Shown here piece after piece: positions 59,717 through 64,000 of a DNA stretch of 64,000 bases (positions are counted from its first letter, which is position 1; the number at the start of each line of letters is the position of its first letter). The notes beneath the pieces are model-generated. The model saw nothing but the letters and a program-made list of their open reading frames with translations. It ran no database searches and was not told the DNA's origin. The stretch spans positions 64,557 to 128,556 of the forward strand of contig CAYPEN010000003.1 of NCBI GenBank assembly GCA_964409875.1. The letters are read 5' to 3'. This stretch comes from an uncultured Gammaproteobacteria bacterium. Lineage in GTDB: Bacteria > Patescibacteriota > Microgenomatia > Levybacterales > GWA1-39-11. Made by a program: the position numbers and the translations under genes.

Positions 59717-62014
59717 CTAAGGAAGACAGTTATTTGTGCATTCAACGGAATCCCTTCTCTTAAAAAGATAGAAATTGTTTTTCGTGTCTTGGACAAGTGC
59801 CGTATATTTCACATGTGTAACAGAATTAACGAATGATTTTTTTTCACCGTACAAAACAACATAATCGGCTTTATCCATGGCAAAAGGAACAACATAAATA
59901 TTCTCTCTATGGGAAAGATGGGCCCCAATGTTATTCGAGGCACTCACGGAGGCATTGGGGGGAATTAGCGAAAGGTATCGTGATATCTCAGATGTATTTT
60001 GAGCAACATACGGCCTGTAATCTGCATCCTTCATCGCCGGAATAGGTGAGTAGAAATATGCACTGATAACGGCGGCGAACAAAATATAATAAAAAAGGAT
60101 TTTGTTAAGTTTTATGTGGGAAAATTTACGGCTCAGGTTTTTTATGCCATACATTGTTGAAATATAAACAAAAGGCACGATTATTGCACCATAATGGTAA
60201 TGATAGGAGCGGAGATTTTGATTGCTTGAGAGGAGGCTAATTGCCATATCGGGCAATGTAAAAATAAGATATAAGGGGTTTAATAATGCTAAATATCCGG
60301 TGGGGACTAGAAGCTGATGCAGGTAGGTTAGCGAGGAAAGACTTAACAGGTGACTAATGATAATTTGGGGATGAAGTAAAAGGTTTTTGACAATTCCCTG
60401 CGTTGAGCCTCCTAAATATGAATAGTATGAAAGAGCAAAATGAGTAGTTCCGCGTGCGTTCGGGATAGCCTTTGAAGTAAGGTAGAAAAAAATAAGAGTG
60501 GGGAGAATTGTCAGGATGAGCCCCGGTATGATTTTCTTCTGTTTGACTATAAGGTAGAGACCAAAAATGCTTGCAACGAGAAAGACATTTTCTTTTGTCA
60601 TAACAGAGAGTGCAAGAAAAAGAACGAATAATATATACCGTCTTTTCAATAAAAAGTAAAAGGTGGCCAGCAGAAGTGTGGTGCCGATACTTACCGCATG
60701 AAAGTCAAAAATATTCTGTTCATGTATCCAGAAATTCAGTAAAAATGACAGGGATAATGCCAGTGAGAGTTTATCGTTTTTTAAAATCTCCTTAGATAGC
60801 AGAAATATGACTATTCCACCTAGGGCAAGGGCTAAAGATTGGGTTATCAAAAGCACTTTAGGGTCCGACCAAAGAAAATAGAGAGGTGCAAATAAAACAA
60901 GCAGGATATCGGAATGGTCGGCAAGCCTGGATATTTTTTCAGTGCCGTCAGGATTTGTCAGCATGAAAAAATTTCCTTTCGAAGTGTTCCAAACGGTTTG
61001 GGACATGTTACCTAAGTCAAACCTTCCTGAAAGGTATGCGTCATGTCTTGTAAGAGTGTAGGATGTAAAAAAAATAAAGTAGAGAAGGGATGCGGTAACA
61101 GTTATCAAAATATAAGGATTTATCTTTAGTAACTTTGAGTTGCTTTTCATGTGCCCAATTGCATAGGCAACAAAAAGATATAAAAGCTCGCCTATAACCA
61201 TACCAATACGGGTGAGAATTGCAACAACAGACGCAATCGAAACCGGAAGGAATAATGAAAGACTTCCAACAATGACAAGCTCTCTTATTCCAAGCCCCAT
61301 AGGTGTAATAAATAGCAGATACCCCGCAAGCCAAGAGAGGACAAAAAATGAAAGCATGAAGACTGTATTGGTAGGATAAATGTAGGTGAATGAAAGTGCG
61401 ATAAAAAAACAACCGAGGGCATAGAGTATCCATGCAAGCATAAAGAGGAGAAGACTGTCAAAATATTTGGTGACCGTGTTTCTGAATTTGAGGTAGGAAA
61501 TTCCACATATAAGTGAGAAAAGAGAAGCAAGAACTACGGTGGGGACAAAAAAAGGCACACTATGAAGTTCCCGCGCCTTAAAAAGAGGGTATGTAAGTGC
61601 CGGTACGGATACTATTAATGCAGAAAGGGCAAGCAGAAGTGCTTCGATTCCGATGCCTTTCAGCGTTTCTTTATGGGGAACTTCATCGGAGAGTGCATGC
61701 ATTCTTCCCATGAACGCAAAAACACTTCCAGGTATATATCTTTTAATTTCTGAGAGAGAATACTTCCAAATAGTTTTTCGGGGCGAAAGCTCATACCCCC
61801 TCTTTTTTAATATCTCAAGCCAAATGAGGGATTTAATTCCAAAAAAAGTAGCAAAGAAAATAACACCAATTAAAAAAAGTATGGGGTTAACCGAAAGAAG
61901 TGAGTGAAAAATAAGTGTTCGGTTATCGAAAAATATCTTGAAAATGAAAATGAACGCAAGCACAGTAACAGGAATTCCTAAGAATTTCCTGAGAAGTTGT
62001 TTTGCTCTTTGCAT
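59717..62014 (-). CDS. flippase-like (LPG-synthase TM) domain fused to DUF2079 (GT-C-like) membrane protein
   Basis: N-half RYIPG, P.GLGIRE; C-half FDLG...Q..WN, H....L, FDFH, KE, Y.Y. Confidence 0.8.
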   Translation of the reverse strand: MQRAKQLLRKFLGIPVTVLAFIFIFKIFFDNRTLIFHSLLSVNPILFLIGVIFFATFFGIKSLIWLEILKKRGYELSPRKTIWKYSLSEIKRYIPGSVFAFMGRMHALSDEVPHKETLKGIGIEALLLALSALIVSVPALTYPLFKARELHSVPFFVPTVVLASLFSLICGISYLKFRNTVTKYFDSLLLFMLAWILYALGCFFIALSFTYIYPTNTVFMLSFFVLSWLAGYLLFITPMGLGIRELVIVGSLSLFLPVSIASVVAILTRIGMVIGELLYLFVAYAIGHMKSNSKLLKINPYILITVTASLLYFIFFTSYTLTRHDAYLSGRFDLGNMSQTVWNTSKGNFFMLTNPDGTEKISRLADHSDILLVLFAPLYFLWSDPKVLLITQSLALALGGIVIFLLSKEILKNDKLSLALSLSFLLNFWIHEQNIFDFHAVSIGTTLLLATFYFLLKRRYILFVLFLALSVMTKENVFLVASIFGLYLIVKQKKIIPGLILTILPTLIFFYLTSKAIPNARGTTHFALSYYSYLGGSTQGIVKNLLLHPQIIISHLLSLSSLTYLHQLLVPTGYLALLNPLYLIFTLPDMAISLLSSNQNLRSYHYHYGAIIVPFVYISTMYGIKNLSRKFSHIKLNKILFYYILFAAVISAYFYSPIPAMKDADYRPYVAQNTSEISRYLSLIPPNASVSASNNIGAHLSHRENIYVVPFAMDKADYVVLYGEKKSFVNSVTHVKYTALVQDTKNNFYLFKRRDSVECTNNCLP

Positions 62015-62021
62015 GGGAAAA

Positions 62022-62960
62022 TTAGGACTCGAAGCGTATTGGTGGTTGGTCATCTTCGGTGTTTCTATTGAAATTGACCATTAAATCGGCTAGTAAACCG
62101 GTAAATATGGTTTGTATCCCGGCAATAACAAAAAGTACCCCGAATATTAAAAGAGGTCTGTTGCCAATAGAATGTCCTAAAAGCTTAATTATTACTAAAT
62201 AAATTAGCATAATGCTTCCTGCCAGAAGCAGCGTTCCTCCCAGTTTTGAGAAAAAATGAAGAGGCCGTCTTGTATATTTCACCAAAAAATACATTGTAAT
62301 AAGGTCAGGAATATCTGTCAGAACTTTTGTCGATTTATATTTTGAAAATCCGTACTTTCGGGGTCGATGCAATATATCAACTTCTTTTACCTTAAAGCCC
62401 ATCTCATGCGCCAAAATCGGGATAAACCGGTGCATGCCACCATAAATTTTGATTTCTTTTGCAAGTTGTTTTTTGTAAAGTTTGAGCCCTGAGTTCATAT
62501 CTTTGAAATTTGTCCCGAATAAGAATGGAATTATCATATTGTTGAAAAATTTTGAGTTTGTTTTTTTGAGGAGTGTATCGCGTCTGTTTTTCCGCCAACC
62601 TGAAACTAAATCATAATCTCCTTCACTTTGGGTTACTATCAAGCGTTCGATGTTTTGAGGGTCGTCCTGTAAATCTGCATCCATCGTTACGATGTATTCG
62701 CCTTGTGCTTTCTGAAATCCAAAAGATAAGGCAACCGATTTGCCCAAATTTTTGCGGAACGAAAAAATTCTGATATTATGATTTTTTCTTGCTAGCTCTT
62801 TGAGGAGGTGCAGGGTGTTGTCCGTAGAACCGTCATCAATAAATAGTATCTCATATTTCTTTCCAAGTTTTGAAAACGCGTCGTGGATTTGGTTTGTTAA
62901 CTCCGGAACGCTTTCTTCTTCGTTGAGAATTGGAATAACGACACTAAATTCAGGTTTCAT
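62022..62960 (-). CDS. GT2 polyprenol-phosphate glycosyltransferase (ArnC/GtrB-like)
   Basis: VVIP..NEE, DDGSTD, MDADLQDDP, HRFIP, two C-terminal TMs. Confidence 0.93.
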   Translation of the reverse strand: MKPEFSVVIPILNEEESVPELTNQIHDAFSKLGKKYEILFIDDGSTDNTLHLLKELARKNHNIRIFSFRKNLGKSVALSFGFQKAQGEYIVTMDADLQDDPQNIERLIVTQSEGDYDLVSGWRKNRRDTLLKKTNSKFFNNMIIPFLFGTNFKDMNSGLKLYKKQLAKEIKIYGGMHRFIPILAHEMGFKVKEVDILHRPRKYGFSKYKSTKVLTDIPDLITMYFLVKYTRRPLHFFSKLGGTLLLAGSIMLIYLVIIKLLGHSIGNRPLLIFGVLFVIAGIQTIFTGLLADLMVNFNRNTEDDQPPIRFES

Positions 62961-63067
62961 TTATAGCCTCATATAGAGTATATCAAAAATGAGCTTAAAA
63001 ATATATGAATTTGAGTAGAAGCGAGCAATTTGGTAAAATATCTAACCTATAGCAATGGTTAGGAGTC

Positions 63068-63139
63068 GCCCCCATAGCTTAACGGATAGAGTACTTGGCT
63101 TCGAACCAAGTGATAGGGGTTCGATTCCTCTTGGGGGCG
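63068..63139 (+). tRNA. tRNA-Arg(TCG)
   Basis: GCCCCCA/TGGGGGC acceptor, CTTGG-CTTCGAA-CCAAG anticodon arm, TTCGATT T loop. Confidence 0.95.
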
Positions 63140-63202
63140 CAGATAAGTATTAACCTGTGATTAATATTTGGAATGGCTAAAAGAGTTTGGTTATAGAATA
63201 AT

Positions 63203-63298
63203 TGTGAATGGGCGGCTAAACAAGTTTGGCCACCCAATAAGTGTGAATAGGGCGGCTAAACAAGTTTGGCCACCCAATAAGTGTGAGTAGGGCGGCTA
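63203..63298 (+). repeat. 40-bp-period tandem repeat built from the tRNA-Lys(CTT) 5' end
   Basis: gggcggctaaacaagtttggccacccaataagtgtga occurs twice (63210, 63250), then gggcggcta at 63290 is the tRNA start; a decayed unit lies at about 63170-63201. Confidence 0.95.
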
Positions 63299-63361
63299 GC
63301 TCAATGGTAGAGCAATTCCCTCTTAAGGAATCGGTTCAGGGTTCGAGTCCCTGGCCGCTCA
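63290..63361 (+). tRNA. tRNA-Lys(CTT)
   Basis: GGGCGGC/GCCGCTC acceptor, ATTCC-CTCTTAA-GGAAT anticodon arm, CAGGG-TTCGAGT-CCCTG T arm. Confidence 0.96.
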
Positions 63362-63417
63362 CCCAGCTAAGCTGGGTGGCAGCCCGCTTAGCGAGCTCAC
63401 TGTGATATTATCAATTA

Positions 63418-63694
63418 ATGCACTACGTATACATTCTTTTTTCACAAAAAGATAAACTCCTTATATACTGGTTTTACAAATGATCTTAAATCTCGTTTAA
63501 ACAAGCATCAAAATGGTTATGTGGCAGCTACAAAAAACAGAAGACCTCTTTCTCTAATATATTACGAGGCTTACAGTAATGAAGGTGATGCCAGAAGAAG
63601 AGAAACATACTTAAAAGGAGGTAAGGGAAAATCAGAATTGAAGATTCAGCTTGGTGAGACATTTATTGAAATTGGTTATGCAAAAAGAAGGTAA
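63418..63694 (+). pseudogene. small stand-alone GIY-YIG endonuclease, frameshifted
   Basis: Frame 0 reads MHYVYILFSQKDKL; the +1 frame from 63461 reads LYTGFTNDLKSRLNKHQNG...TKNRRP..LIYYEAY....DARRRETYLKGGKG to TAA 63694. Confidence 0.88.
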
Positions 63695-63792
63695 AACCTA
63701 GCCCCTAAACCCTTTTTCTTTATCCTATTGACCTGGCACTTTATATATGAGTATATTATTAGTATCCACAAAAGTATTTGTGCGGATTTATT

Positions 63793-64000
63793 ATGATAAG
63801 ACAAACGATAGCAACGTTCCTTTTAGGCATTGCAGCACTTTTTGTCGTCTCTTTACTTACTAACACTCCTCAACTTCAACGGTTAGTTTCTCAGTCTTAC
63901 GCTCAGTCATGTACTCCTCCTGCTGCGGCAACCGGAGTGCAAGTTGAATTTCCCGGTTGTAACGGTACGCAATGCGATTTGACTCAGGCTAGCTGTAAAT
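63793..64000 (+). CDS. exported protein, 5' partial (Cys-containing)
   Basis: MIRQTIATFLLGIAALFVVSLL...SCTPP...FPGCNGTQCDLTQASCK; open to the window end; TTGACC promoter upstream. Confidence 0.65.
   Translation, partial: MIRQTIATFLLGIAALFVVSLLTNTPQLQRLVSQSYAQSCTPPAAATGVQVEFPGCNGTQCDLTQASCK

Overview
This is a compact, AT-rich bacterial chromosome segment read with the standard genetic code (TGA is a stop). Gene content and style suggest Patescibacteria/CPR, Microgenomates-like; that is inference only. It carries mostly housekeeping genes: part of the F-type ATP synthase operon (atpB-E-F-H-A-G'), dnaE, gatCAB, murT-gatD, lemA-htpX, polX, pyrG, rplS, typA, greA, dus, holA, a sugar-phosphate cluster ending in a degenerate PEP-synthase-like gene and a divergent enolase, rsmI/dedA, lexA, uvrB/uvrA/uvrC, secG and envelope glycosylation genes. 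It also has a CsoR-controlled copper cluster with a clear operator, and six tRNA genes lacking encoded CCA. The most unusual signal is at four tRNA genes (Asp-GTC, Gly-CCC, Lys-TTT, Lys-CTT). Each is flanked by duplicated fragments of its own sequence folded back against antisense copies and studded with GC-N2-3-GC mini-hairpins. One of these loci ends in a small frameshifted GIY-YIG nuclease gene and another in a HEPN-like gene. Other observations: pervasive leaderless promoter architecture, a uORF/terminator leader before typA, a possible ATP-grasp 'writer' and DUF1704 'eraser' peptide-tagging pair, two divergent genes with zero intergenic space, two unannotated Cys-rich microproteins, and a direct-repeat LexA box candidate. 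No CRISPR-Cas, integrase or transposase was seen. All family assignments come from motif recognition by eye, not database searches.
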